A DNA stretch of 64,000 nt from Lama glama. Taxonomy: Eukaryota. The stretch's first letter is position 1, and each line of letters opens with the position of its first letter. The notes under the pieces are model-generated. The model did no database searches and was not told the DNA's origin. It saw nothing but the letters and a program-made list of their open reading frames with translations. The translations under genes were made by a program, and so were the position numbers. The DNA lies in contig CM052816.1 in NCBI GenBank assembly GCA_028534125.1, positions 90,708,001 through 90,772,000 of the forward strand, read 5' to 3'. Positions 12,640 through 25,112 of this stretch are shown in pieces.

Positions 12640-13185
12640 GCAAAGTCTGCCTCCACATGGAGCAAAAGTGATCCTTCTAAAATCTAAGCCAGGTCATGCC
12701 AGTCTTCTGTTCTAAAACCAGAATCCTTAGATGGCTTACAAGGCACTATACAATCTCCACTTAGCTTCACATCATCTTCCTCCACTCTCTTCCTGGCTTC
12801 CTTGCTTGTCTTTGACACCTCCAAGTACACTCCTACCTCAGGGCCTTTGTACCTGCCATTCCTTCTGTCTGGAATGCTCACTGCCGCAGATATCTGCACA
12901 ACTGATTTCCTTGCTCTCTTCTGATCTCAACTCAAATGTCACCTTATCAGGCAGGCCTTCTTCTATGATTCTATATCAAATAGAATTCTTCCTCTCCACT
13001 CTCATTTCCTTACTCTGCACACATCACCACCTTACGTATTGTATATTTATTGAATTTTTTTGGTTAGTTTCTGCATTAAAATGTAAAGTTGTTAGGGAGA
13101 TGACTGCTTTGTTTGTTATTGTATCACCAGGATTTAGACTCCTGAAGGTATTCAGAAGGTGCTCAATAAATGTTTTTTAAATGTT
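12640..13185 (+). mobile_element. L2 LINE 3' fragment
   Basis: cctcagggcctttgtacctgcc, aaatgtcacc and gtgctcaataaatg L2 3' motifs. Confidence 0.8.
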
Positions 13186-14244
13186 GAAAGAACCACTCCC
13201 CAAGGGATTCAGCAGCAATTAGGGATCTCATTCTAGTCTGCCTATTTACCCATCAAATGGGCTCACTGCTAATATCCTTTGTATTAGCCTAGTTAATGTT
13301 CTTAACTTCCCTGAATTTCTTTTAAGTTCCTTCTGTGCTTCCCACACATAACTCCACATTTTTTTTTTAACCAATGTTCTGGGATACATTATATCGCTCT
13401 CTACTCCCTGAATCCTTTTTGCAATAATCTGCAGAATGCTGTTTAACAAATTGTGGAAACCCATCATCCAGCTTCATAAATGCCTCTGTAAATCAAAAAC
13501 GTGTTCCACAGCTGAGCTTAAAAAATGCATTTAAGTCAAATCAGCACGCTCTCCTTGCCTGTGAAGGCTGCAGACTCACCCCTCTCAGAACAATGGACAT
13601 ATTGTTCTGTACTTTGGATGATCCACAGGTACATAGAGCACCCTTCTTTGGATTCTGCCCTAGCGTTTGTAGGCGCTCTGCAGCTCCGAGGTAAAATGTG
13701 CTTCTAGAAAGATGCATCATCTGTACACATACGGCAGATCCTGGGGAATAAAGCCAAGAGGGTGGATGTTTGAACTGAGTTGTGTTTTGCTTTCCTGTTC
13801 CTTCTTAAAAGCACTGACCAAACATGAGGCCAGTGGCTAATATGGCATTTAAATTTCTGTAAGAAAGATAAGGAGGGAGCAGGATGAAAAGGCTGGCAGG
13901 GTCCCATTGTTCAAGGGAAGAATGCTGAGAAAGAGAGACTTACCCACACCACAACTTTCAAATAATAACAAAGAGAACCTTATCCTGAAGAATGATAACA
14001 AAGAGAAGAGGGAAATCTGGAAGAAATGAAAATAATAGAGTTAACTTTGGTGTTACGGTTTTCACTCATAAACATGCTAGAAAATTCTGGATCTAGCCCA
14101 ACTAGTCCTCATTCCCTGTTTCTTCTATTCCTTACTCTTCTAGAACTGCCCGGCCTTAGGGAGGAGATAAAGAAGGGAGAAGTCTCGAATTGTCTTCAGG
14201 GCCTGCAGGGACTCCTTACCTGGCTTGGAAAACTCTGTCTCCTC

Positions 14245-14435
14245 CTAGCTGTGCATCCTTGGGCAAGTTACTTGACCTCTCTCTGCCTGATGGGAACAAT
14301 ATTACCTTCTCATCTGTCAGATAGGATTAATAGTAGTAGCACCTGCTTCTTAGGACTATGGGGAGGATTACATGAGTTAATCATCACAGAGCACTAGAAT
14401 AATGCTTGGCATATTGAAAGTAATCAATAAATAGT
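14245..14435 (+). mobile_element. MIR SINE
   Basis: ccttgggcaagttacttgacctct...gcttggcatat...caataaat. Confidence 0.8.
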
Positions 14436-15404
14436 GGCTAGAATCCCCAGCAGCTTAGGAATTTCTTTCCTTCTTCTTCATGAATTTAAGGTCCAGGGTT
14501 TGGTATCTGTATTGACTTTAAAGGAACAAAGGTACTCTCTCCTCCCAGCTTCAACAGTGTAGGCTTCACCCAGAGGCAGAGCCATTCACCTGCTCTCCAG
14601 ACCGAGCTGACTTCACTCAAATGGAGCCGCCCTTCCAGCACAGCCAGTTCCAGGGAAGCAAGTCTTGTTTCAGATGGTGTGCACAGGGAGGGTGGCCTGC
14701 TATTTGGAATCCTGATAATGAGACAATGTTGAAAATGGTTAAACTTGGGTTTTTTTCTGGAATTCACCTACTACATGGAAAAAATTTATCCATTTTTTTC
14801 TCTGAACCTACTGATTAGTGTGATTAAGATTCAGTCACAAAGATTTAATACAGGTGTGTCTCTGTACCTAGACCCTTAACCATAAAGAAAATACACTTTG
14901 GAAAGAAACTGTAAAGAAAGACCTTAGCTCAGTTCCTTCACAATATGCTCTCCCCTGACGCAGCTGGCCCTGAGTGGACTGGGTGAGACGAGGAGGCTCA
15001 GCGCTTGGCTCCAGAAAGACAAAGCAGGATGGGGCAGGCCCCCTGCAGCTGGAGATTCTGATGCCATTCCGTCCAAGCGGCCGCTTGGACAGCCACGTGA
15101 ACATTTGTAAAGCCTCAGCACAAAGCTAGACGATGTGTTTATACAATCTGTTAAAAGTGTTCCATGGATTATTATTTTAAAGAGTCAGGGAGTGGAGGGT
15201 TCTATAATAATAATAATCTAGCATCCTACAACTTGATACATGCTGCTACTGGGGATGAAAATGCAGAGGGATCAAGGGTCTGCCTTCTCCACAGAAGAGG
15301 AAGGAAGGCAAGCCACGTAGTTCCCGTCAACGTCTTTGCCAAAGGACCCAACACACAAGAGCGACCACACAGCCCACAGCAGACAGGGAAGAGACTTTTA
15401 CTGA

Positions 15405-15550
15405 GTAGTGTTACATGCCAAGACACGTCCAAGGAATGTTACCTAAGGTATTTAATCATCAAACAACTGTATGAATTAGCTATTATTATCTCCACTGTAA
15501 TAATGAGGCAGCTAAGCTGAGACTTAACTGGCCTGTTCAAGGACGTAAAG
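15405..15550 (-). mobile_element. MIR SINE fragment
   Basis: tttaatcatcaaacaactgtatga...tattattatctccac...aactggcctgttcaagg resembles reverse MIR. Confidence 0.6.
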
Positions 15551-15689
15551 TAAATGCATAACAGCACAAGCACTGATGGTCCTGCCATCCCTGCAGCACT
15601 CGTCATAAAGCCAGGTCCCTCTGGGAGGCTCAGTGCCACGCTGGTCTTCATGTCGTGAGCAGAACTTTGGCCATGTTAACGTCTGACTT

Positions 15690-16590
15690 CCTGTTCAGCA
15701 GAACCTATGAATGTGTTATATTACATGGCAAAGGGAAAGCAAAACAAGGATGATCAAACTAAGGTGGTAATAGGCTAACCTTGAGATGAGAGTGTGGACA
15801 GAAATGCTACCGGCCATTCCAGGAAACGAAGAACGTTGCCCACCGTCAAACCATCAGCCACTGTGGCCACCCCGCCAGTGTACCTGAGGGGCATTCAGGA
15901 CGCAGAGAAACAGGATACTGACCTTAGGCAGTTAAGATGTATATCTGAAGAATAACTTAAATGATCCCAGACTCTTACTTCTTCCCACACACAGAAAAGC
16001 ACTAAAATCATTAACCTTAGGTGTCTGGGTTTTATGATTAGCAGTAATCTTTTGATGTTCAACTACATGTTTTCTTGTTTTGTTTTGTTTTGTTTTTTCA
16101 GCAAAAACTCTTATATATCCTGGCTCCTCCCTTATCTCCGCAGAGCTCTCTGAGAGGCTGTCTCCAGGGCTACAGTCCACACTAAGGTCCCCGAATGAAA
16201 CATAATTCTCAATGTTAGGTTGTGCGTTCTTCTTCAGTCAACAGGAGATGATCCTGGATTGTCGAGATGAGCCCAACAAAATCACAGATGTCTCTATAAG
16301 AGAAAGAGCAAGGCAGAAGGGCCAGGGACAGAGAAGGAGATATGACAAGAGAAACAGAGAGGGAGAGAGACTTGAAAATGTTGCACTGCTGTCTTTGACC
16401 ATAAGCCAGGACTTCAGGGGCCTCAAGAAGCTGGAAAGGGCAAGGGAACAGACCCCCCCTAGAGCTGCCACAGGTAACACCACCCTCTGACACTTTAAGT
16501 CCTGTCTTCCAGAACTGTAAGACAATCACTGGTAGTGTTTCAAGCCACTGAGTCGGATCAATTGTAATGGCAGCCAATAAAGACAAACAC
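15690..16590 (+). mobile_element. MLT1D-like LTR interrupted by an ERV1 LTR
   Basis: gaacctatgaatgtgttatattacatggcaaaggg before the insertion; ggagatgatcctggatt...agaagctggaaagggcaaggg...ccagaactgtaaga after it. Confidence 0.8.
15793..16243 (+). mobile_element. ERV1-type solo LTR (same family as 59877-60336)
   Basis: TG...CA ends, 4-bp TSD agag/ggag, collinear similarity to the 59877 copy. Confidence 0.85.
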
Positions 16591-16616
16591 GCCTTATTAC
16601 CACCTTTTAATTTACA

Positions 16617-16802
16617 TCAGCAGTCTGCAAAGACTTGCTATAAAGGACTAGGTAGTAAATACTTTAGAGTTCTTGGGCCACGATGTCAAATAATCTGCTA
16701 TTGAAGTCCTCGAACAGACTCAGATGATGCACCCATGACTAAGCGTGGCCACGCTGGTGGCACTTTCAAAACAGGCTGAATAGAGGCCGCCCTTGCAGCC
16801 CT
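16617..16802. mobile_element. MER58A-like hAT-Charlie MITE
   Basis: ctgcaaa...tataaagg..taggtagtaaatactttag..ttcttgggcca resembles MER58A. Confidence 0.6.
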
Positions 16803-16949
16803 GAACGAGTGACACACAATGGGAGGAAAACTTTAGAAATCTGACCTCCTGAAATTAAATAGCCCTTTTACTGGCATTATTACACTGTCTTGCAGCTGTA
16901 CAATGCTTCATGTAAACCTTATTCTTCTGGAGTTTGGTACCTCTGGGGA

Positions 16950-17100
16950 GGCAGTGTGATGTGATTGAAAAAAAAAAAAAAAAGCACTCGACTGTAAGTC
17001 AGGACACCTGGTTCCAGTCCTGGCTCTGCCAACACCTGTTGACCTCAGGTAGGTCATTTTCACTCTTTAGGCTCCCGTTTTCTCAACTATGAAATGAAGC
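16950..17100 (+). mobile_element. MIR SINE with internal poly(A)
   Basis: gtcaggacacctggttccagtcctggctctgcc...tttctcaactatgaaatg. Confidence 0.7.
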
Positions 17101-17781
17101 ATCGAGGCTAGAAGGTGATCAATGGAGTCTCCTTCTGTTTTCTTTCTCTTATGATTTGGAACAGTGTCACTGCTGGGGACTGGTGAAGCCAGGAATGATG
17201 CGGAGTTTCAGGGTGACTCCATCTCTCCTGGCAGGTGATATTTCTGGGGATGGTAATCAATGTCACGAACAGAAAAGGAATCCCACGGAAGCCGATCGTT
17301 CCTCCATATTGTATGAACACAGTTAAATGTTGTATGGACTCTGAAGCATAAGAAAGGGTAAGACAGTGGAATAAAACTTTGAAAGGAAAACAACTGGCTA
17401 AAACAAACAATGAGAGGAGGCAGGAGCCTGGAGAATTATGAATTCAGAAAATAAGCTTAGCTGTGTTCTCAGAAATAAATCCTCTGGGCAGACAGGAGAC
17501 TGGCCCTGTGTGCAGCCGCTTAGGGGATTAGATTTGATCCAAGTGTCCACAGAGAGAGCATTCGCAGGTAGAAAGTAGATCCTGACTCGCCTTGCACTGG
17601 ACTTTGTAATGGACTCTGGAAACAGGCTGGTGACTAAGGAAGGAGGAAGGTGATGGGGAACCCGAGTGATTTGAGGGTAGTTGTTCTCCAGGCAAGACAG
17701 GAGTGGCTTGTGTCATCACAAAGAAGATAAAAGCAAACCTGAGAGCAGCAGAGCGCGCTGCGTGGTAAACTCACGCCTTTC

Positions 17782-17992
17782 ACTGTGCTGCCACTATGGT
17801 GACCAGCAGTCTTGCGTTGCTTTCCAGACTTAAATCTAAATTCATTAAAAACAAATGAAACTGAAAATTCAGTTCCTCGGTCATAGTAGCCACATTTTAA
17901 GTGCTCAGTAGTCGCAGTGGCCGGTGGCTACCACGTGGGAGAGAGGAGGTCACATTTCCATCACCACATAAAGTTCTCTTGCACAACTCTGC
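17782..17992. mobile_element. MER3-like hAT-Charlie MITE, copy 1
   Basis: aaaattcagttcctcggtcatagtagccacattttaagtgctcagtag...gtggctacc...catttccatcac. Confidence 0.8.
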
Positions 17993-17994
17993 AC

Positions 17995-18188
17995 TAGACC
18001 TGTACTGTCCCAATGTGACAGCCAGCAGCCACATGTGGCTATTCTCATGTAAATTAATTCAAATTAGAAATTCTGTTCTTCCATCACATTAGCCACATTC
18101 AAGCGCTCGGTTGCCACCTGACTCTCATTGGAACAGCGCAGGTATACAATATTTCCATCGGCACGGAACGTCCCACTGGACAGTGCTG
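17995..18188. mobile_element. MER3-like hAT-Charlie MITE, copy 2
   Basis: agccacatgtggctatt...ttagccacattcaagcgctc...atttccatcggcac...ggacagtgctg. Confidence 0.8.
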
Positions 18189-18485
18189 CCTTTTAGCTGT
18201 TTGCCTGGATCATCTAAATGGCTTCCAGAATTAAGCATCATGACTGTCTCAGAAAAGGGACGTAGTTAGATGTAGCCAGATAATCAGGACCCTCGTTTCC
18301 TGATTTATGTGGTGTTCACATCAAGGTTTTCTTTTTTCCATTATTTCCCTTGTCCTCTGGGCTATAACAGTAACGCTCCCTGCTGCAGAGGTATGACAAG
18401 CACCACCTGGCTCCGGTTTCAGGTGCAGTTTCCAACTGAAAGAGGAGTAGAGGCCACTCCCAGTCACCACCCCTAATTCACCTCC

Positions 18486-18491
<6 letters not shown>

Positions 18492-18516
<25 letters not shown>

Positions 18517-18517
18517 C
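18492..18517. repeat. (CA)n microsatellite
   Basis: CA run read directly. Confidence 0.95.
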
Positions 18518-19079
18518 CGTTCCTGCCCTTTTACCCATCTTGAATCACTGCGCCAAAGGAGTTTCCCGGAAAAGGAGTTGGGGAGGATTTGGAGTCTAAA
18601 GAGAAGTGGAAAGATCTGGTGGAGATTTATTACAGCCCCCAGGTGCCCTGCCAGTCACGCATGAGATGGGAGAGAAATACTGCCAGTGGGGGAGGGGAGC
18701 TCCAGACAACACCAGTAGTCCGTGTCTTCTGTGCACCCCACACATGGACACATGAACCCATCTGTCAGTCCTTACAAACAGAGAGAGAGAGAATTGTTGC
18801 TGTGTGTGGCAGAGTTTTTCACACTACAGACGCAAGCCTTTTTAAGCCCTTTGATTTCTCCACATACATCACTAGCCACAGCCACAAAGGTTGTACAAAG
18901 CATCACATTCCAAAATGCTTTTCATGTGGGAGCTGAGTTCATAGAAATGTGTGATCTCTCTTTCTCCAGCTTGTCCTTCTCCTACATGAGAAACCCTTCA
19001 TTGGACTCACTTGTGGGTTTAAACCACCAAGATGGGTCAACAGGTTCTAGAAAGACAACAATATTCTATTGGAGAAAGC

Positions 19080-19321
19080 AAGAAAACCCTTTGCAAATGT
19101 TAGCCACTATATATAAAAATAGATTTTTTAAAAAAGTTTCTTCTGTATAGCACAGGGAACTGTATTCAATCTTATAATAACCTTTAATGAAAAAGAATAT
19201 GAAAACAAATATATGTATGTATATATGCATGACTGGGACATTGTGCTGTAAACCAGAAATTGACACATTGTGACCAACTGTACTTCAATTTAAAAAAAAA
19301 ATTTTTTTTAAAGAAAACCCT
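19080..19321 (+). mobile_element. 5'-truncated L1 3' end with TSD
   Basis: tagcacagggaactgtattcaat...ccagaaattgacacattgt...A-tail; TSD aagaaaaccct at 19080-19090 and 19311-19321. Confidence 0.9.
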
Positions 19322-21699
19322 GGATTTTATTTCATTGGTGTTCACATTAGCTCAAATTCATTACCCACCTTTATATAGAACTTATTTTGGTCTGGGGACA
19401 CACACGGGTGGAAGAGGGGGGTGCAGGATGACAGGGATGTACTTCTGCCCGGGGTACGTTCGTAAACTCTAAAGGTAAGCAGCGTTATCTAGTCCAAAGC
19501 CCGATCGGATACAGGAATCCCCATACGGTTCCCAAAACCTAGTTCTTTAGACCCTGCCTGCATACTGTAAGAGATTCTTTTTATTTTGTTAATTTAAACC
19601 ACGAGGGATCAGAACAGATCTGTCCCATCTCTCTCCTTCCCCAAATTCGAGTATGGTATATAGATGGGTGAAACTACATGCTTCTATGTACAGTATCTCA
19701 ATCCCCAACAGTCAGTCGGTTTGTAGACTCTCCTGCTGTTGAGTTCATGCAGTTTTGACACTTTCTCAGCCTCTCCACCCACCCCTTGATGATATAGGAT
19801 AAACCTACTCTCTGTCTACTGCCTGATTCTAGAGAATGGCTCAAATTGCTCTCTTGCTGCCAACGTTCAAAAGTGTGGGTAAATATAAACAGCATCTCTA
19901 GAGTGGCGATGACTGTCATTTTTCATATGAGAAGCCAACTCTTGTCATTTGATACAGGCTGGAGGGCCCAAGCCCTGACAGAAGGAAAGCTGACGAAGGC
20001 ACGTCCACAGCCCCGGACCTTTCCACGGACCAGAAGAGGATGTTTGTGTCTCCTCCCAAGTCTGGTAAACTTGTATGAGCTGGTTCAGAGCCTCTTTACA
20101 ACTCCGGGGATGACATGCACTTCGAGCATATTCCAGTGTTGAAAGCAGGCTTGCTTTTCTTAGAAAAACAATAATGAAGAAACAATGAATTAGAAAGCCC
20201 CGCCTTCAAAGGAAGGACACAATGCGTAGAATCTCAACAAGGAGGACTTGTTTTAAATGAGGAAAATGAAAGAATTCGGGATGTATCAAACTTGTTGCTA
20301 AATCAGAATTAGGATTCATTCAACTCCAGAATTATATACTTTTTAAAATCGACTAACAATAGGGATTCCTTGAAAGTTAGAAGAGAAGCTAGGACCTAAT
20401 ATTTCTAAAGGTGTATTGTTAAGAATAAGGAGATATCATATATTTCATGACAGTTACTCTTAAGAGAAATAAGGAGCTGCCCACAGAGTTGCTCTAATGT
20501 CTCAGATGATAAATGGTTTATGGAAAAATTTCAGAACCTCTTTGTAGTTTGTATGATTCTGCTTTCATACCCTGAACGTGGAAATTTTTAAAAATCAAGG
20601 ATCTGAGGTAAAAGATTCAACAATAGATTTTTATTTATTTATTCTTTTTTTTTTTTTTTTTGGTTTGGGCTTTGTGTTTTTCTTTTCTTTTCTTTTCTTT
20701 TTTTCCCCTTTCCTCCCTGATGGTTAGGGCAACACATTTCTTGATCTTCTAAGATTTTTCTAAGCCTCCTGCGTCCTTGGCTTCCCCATTCATTCACCTC
20801 TGTCTCTCTGCTCTTCCCACCGAACTCTCCTCTCATGATGAAGCATCCAAGTTACAGTCCAGGGCCTATAAAAGTCACAGAGGCCTAGTTCCATAGAAGG
20901 ATGCAGGAACCACTTTGGAAGGCAGACAGTACAGGAGATGTGTTGATTAAGCCCTGTCCCCAGGCACCTGCCGCAAGTTCTTCTGAACGAGCACCTGCCG
21001 TAACCCAGAAAATGCGCTTGTTCCTCTGCCTACCACCCACAAATCTTAGCTCTGTCCTTTACAGTGTTTCCACCCAAGTAATTTAGATACACATTCTCTA
21101 CCTTTGTTCCTCTGTGAAAAGAGGACAAAAACCAGTTTCGGATCCCAGAGGCATCCTCTGTCGCCTGATTTGTTTCCATTTTTAAAATCAGCCTGAAATG
21201 CCAGACATTTGATCCAATAAATCAGGTGTAGGGAGTTCAAAGAACTGGTCTCAAGGGGTTGGTTTTCAGGCCACGTGTTATGCTTACCCTAGAAAGTATG
21301 AGCTGTTGTGCTAACGAATTCACCCTGGGAGATGTGAAGGCAGAAGACAGATTCTCCTGTGAATTCCATCAGGATTTCGTCACCAGCTCCTGCATCTTTT
21401 TTGCTGGGCAGGCTGTCTGACCTTTTAATCATACGGAGGAGAAACGCACAAGGCACCCTGGACCCTCCACGCTGAGTTCCTACACCTGAACCTCCACGCT
21501 GGGTGTTTGTTCCCTGGACAGCTTGGGCTACAAAAAGTGTTAACCTTGACACTTACATCTGCACAGTGCCCGACAGTTTTCAAAGGACTTTCACAGACGT
21601 GATCTCATTTGGCTTTTGCAAGGTCCCAGCGGCCTGACAGTGGCAGAAAGAGAACAAGTTACAAGGTGGACGTGGCCTCCGGACCAGAGCATGAGGTCC

Positions 21700-21925
21700 G
21701 GAGTCAGACAGACCAGGATAAAACGTGGCTCAGACCTTTATTTGCTACATGGCCCTGGGTAAATTATCGTATGTCTCCAAGTCCCCATTGCCTCATCTTT
21801 CAGCCTGGATAATAATTGTACCCGTTTTGCCGAATTGTTTCAGAGTTGAGGGAGATGGAGAAACCACTCAAAGCATTTCGCATAATTCCTAGTCCAGGTG
21901 AAATGCTCAGTAAATGTCAGCTGTT
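21700..21925 (+). mobile_element. MIR SINE
   Basis: ggagtcagacagacc...cctcatct...gataataattgtacc...gctcagtaaatgtcagct. Confidence 0.75.
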
Positions 21926-22050
21926 ACAGCTGATCCCACATCTGTGGATTCAACCAACCAGGGGCCGTGTGGCACTGTAACATTTACTGTTGAAAAATAT
22001 CTGTGTATGACTGGACCCTCGCAGTTCAAACTCACAGTTGTTCAACTGTA
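21926..22050. mobile_element. Tigger2/MER8-like MITE fragment
   Basis: ggattcaaccaacc...ggaccctcgcagttcaaac...caactgta; similar to 45420-45644. Confidence 0.75.
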
Positions 22051-23268
22051 TTATTAATACTGCTGACTGTGTTATTAATAAATGTACTTAGCCCACAAAA
22101 GAGCTGTCTGCAAAAGAATATCCAATATTAGAAACTCATCTTGTCTAGTCATTAACCAGCAGGGACAAAATCCCGGGTTGACAGTGGAATCCAAAGATGC
22201 AGATCTTAGCATCTGAAGATAAAGTAATTTGTGAGCAGCAGGGCTCAGCAGTGTGGATGGGTTTTATCAGTTGGTCTAGTGATTAAACTACACTTATTAC
22301 TTATAGACCATTATTTAGAAATGGCTGCAGTGTTGCACTCTCAGCTCTGAATCATTCATAAACACAAGTCATGTTTACAGTGATTGTTTTGTTGAGTCGA
22401 TCACACTCCGGCTTCATGAACAATCAGCTGTTCTGACAACAACAGTTTGATTTACATGGTGGCTCATTCAAGTTTTCTAAATTTCCTTGGTTAGAATTCT
22501 GAGCAACGTATGGCCAACTTTACCTCTTTTCTAAAATAAACTAACTTTATAGGTAAAATAAGAAGAGCACGAATATAGTTTTTAAAGTTTACTCATCTTT
22601 AAAATGTCCTCCATTCTTTTGGTGGATGGACTAGACTGGAACATCTGTGGGGACAGGGGACACAGGTGTCTTTGTGTATGTACTAGACCACATTCTTAGA
22701 CAATGTAACTGTAACCAAGAAAACCCAAAAACAAAAACCATAAAAACAGCTCATGAGCGTCTAACAACAAAGGTTTGATTCTGGCTCATTTTACAGATCA
22801 ACTGAGAGTTGATCGTGACCCTGCTCTGTGTGTCTTCTTCCTTCAAAGTTCCCGCCCATCTAGGTCATGTTGATCGAAGGAAGGAGGAGAAAGCAAAGGT
22901 GGATCTGTGCCAAGGCAGAACCGCATCTTGGTGTAACCACAAGGACGGCTCTCATGTCTCTGCTGGGAAGTGGCACAGTACCTCTCCACTGGTGGTGTAC
23001 AGAAGCAGACCTCGTGGCCGAGCCCGCCATCAGTGTGCGGCTGAAGCAAATTAACCCACAGGGTAGAACACTGTGAGCCACGTGGCAGGAGTGGGTACAC
23101 ACAGCCCTCCTGCTGAGGGCAGCCAACAAGAACACAACCTGTCATACCTTGAGTTTTGATTAACTCTGAATGATATTCTCAGCTGCCATCTCCGCTGATG
23201 GCTTTAGGGCCATTTCCAAGATTTAGAGAGCAGTGTGGAGTGGCTATAAGAGGCAGTCTAGAATAGAA

Positions 23269-23570
23269 CAAGGGGTGGCAAACTCCAGCCCACTCTCACT
23301 TTTCCTTTTTGTTTCTTTCTTTTTTTTACTGGGAATCAAACCAAGTACCTCACGCACACTCAGCATGCACTCTACCAATGAAGCCATACCCCCACCTCCC
23401 AGCCCTCGCTCATTTTTGTGTGATAACCCAAGAGCTATGAGTGGTTTTTATATTTTTAAAGTGTTGTTTAAAAAGAAAAAGGAAAAAGAATGTACAACAA
23501 AGAACGAGTGTGGCCCACAAAGCCTAATGTATTCTCTGACTCTTCACAAAAAAGCTTGTCCAACCCTTGA
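23269..23570. mobile_element. MER58-like hAT-Charlie element interrupted by a SINE
   Basis: caaggggtggcaaact 5' end; gtggtttttatatttttaaa...tgtggcccacaaagcctaa...ccaacccttg 3' end. Confidence 0.7.
23300..23400 (-). mobile_element. tRNA-derived camelid-type SINE (vic-1-like)
   Basis: T-tract, then actgggaatcaaaccaagtacctcacgcacactcagcatgcactctaccaatgaagccataccc (reverse A/B boxes). Confidence 0.75.
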
Positions 23571-24540
23571 AATAAAACTAAATTTGGGCTCAGTCTTGGA
23601 ACCTTGGGTTCATCTGCACCAGAAGCAATCCATGTCTATCCCGGGTGAAATCAGCTTCTAGAAGTAACAAATACAACCTTTAATTCAGTAACTTCTAATC
23701 AGTGTAGGGTTACTAACTTCTCTGGAATCTGGAGTCTAAACTCTGAAGAATCTGTCCATCCGCGTATCTGGGGTTACACTAACCACATTGGATTGTAATT
23801 ACTTTTCTCTGCTTCTGTGCCCTACAGACAGATTATAATAATTTCCTTGAAAGAAGAGACTGAAATGTCCCACCCTTAGCCTGGTGCTTGACAAAGTTTT
23901 TTTTTATAAATGTTTTAAATTGAATTAAACTCCCAACATGACAGAGTATCTTAAGATACTAATTCTCAATTTCATCATGAATCCCTTTCTCTTAAATAAA
24001 TTCTTGCCAGGGCTTATTTACCTGAGAAATGGTCACGGAAATGTTTGTCACTGTAAATCTTCTTTTAAATATTTACTCACCGATGACAGAAGGAAGTTAT
24101 GCTCAGTCCACTACAGTCACTGACATCCATCGAAAGCAACAGAAAGATCAAAAACATAAGGAAACTCCATTTTAAATGAAATAGAATAAAGGCCTCTGTC
24201 CCAAATTAAAATTATGAAGACCATCTGCCAGAAATAAAAGGTATCCAAGTAAGAGGGCAGTACAAGCATTGGCAAAATTTTCTCGGAGATAAGGCTCGGA
24301 GGAGATTTCTCTCAAAGTATCATGATCCTGAAAGAAACTCCTGACTGGAGGGACACAACGCAGGGACACTGAGAAGACCTGGGGAGACCGCTCCCCTGCA
24401 GAAGAGCAGAGCAGATGGAGCCGAAAGAGATGCAGACCTTGTAAATACGTCAAGTTCAAGGTCGAAAGTCTAGTGCCCCAGCTGAGGGAAACCACTAGAC
24501 GTGACAGAGAGGGAGGAGCAAACATCAGATCAAGACACGG

Positions 24541-24937
24541 TGTGTAAGTTAACTAGAGCTGCTGTAACAAAGGACCACAGGCTGGGCAGCCTGACAGCAG
24601 GAGTTCCTGTCTCCCAGTCCTGGAGGCAGCAGGTTTGGTTCCTTCTGAGAGCCGTGAGGGAAGGATATATTCCAGGCTGTTCTCCTTGGCTTGTAGATAG
24701 CGTCATCACACTCTCTGCCCTCACGTTCACATGACCTTCTCTGTGTGTCCGCGTGTCTATTTCTTTTATAAGGACACCAGTCATGTTGGATTAAGGGCCC
24801 ACCCTACCCCAGTATGACCTCATTTTAACTAATTACATCTGCAATGACCCCATTTCCAAATCAGGTCATATTCTGAGGTGCTGGGAGTTAGGGCTTTAAT
24901 CTATGTATTTTGTGGGGACACAACTCAACCCTTAACA
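24541..24937 (-). mobile_element. MLT1B/C-like solo LTR
   Basis: gctgctgtaacaaag...ttataaggacaccagtcatgttggattaagggcccaccct...ggggacacaactcaaccc. Confidence 0.9.
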
Positions 24938-25112
24938 CACAGAATGACTGAGACTTAGGATACAACATGAGCCACCCAGCCTCCTTGAGGTGGGAAGCCC
25001 CATGAAAAAGACGGCAGGATCCCTAGGCAGGGCCACTACCCTCCTGCCAGCACTGTTTGGTTCCCTGGCCCAGCAGCATTATTTTGCTTTTTAAACTCTG
25101 AAACAGCTTACT

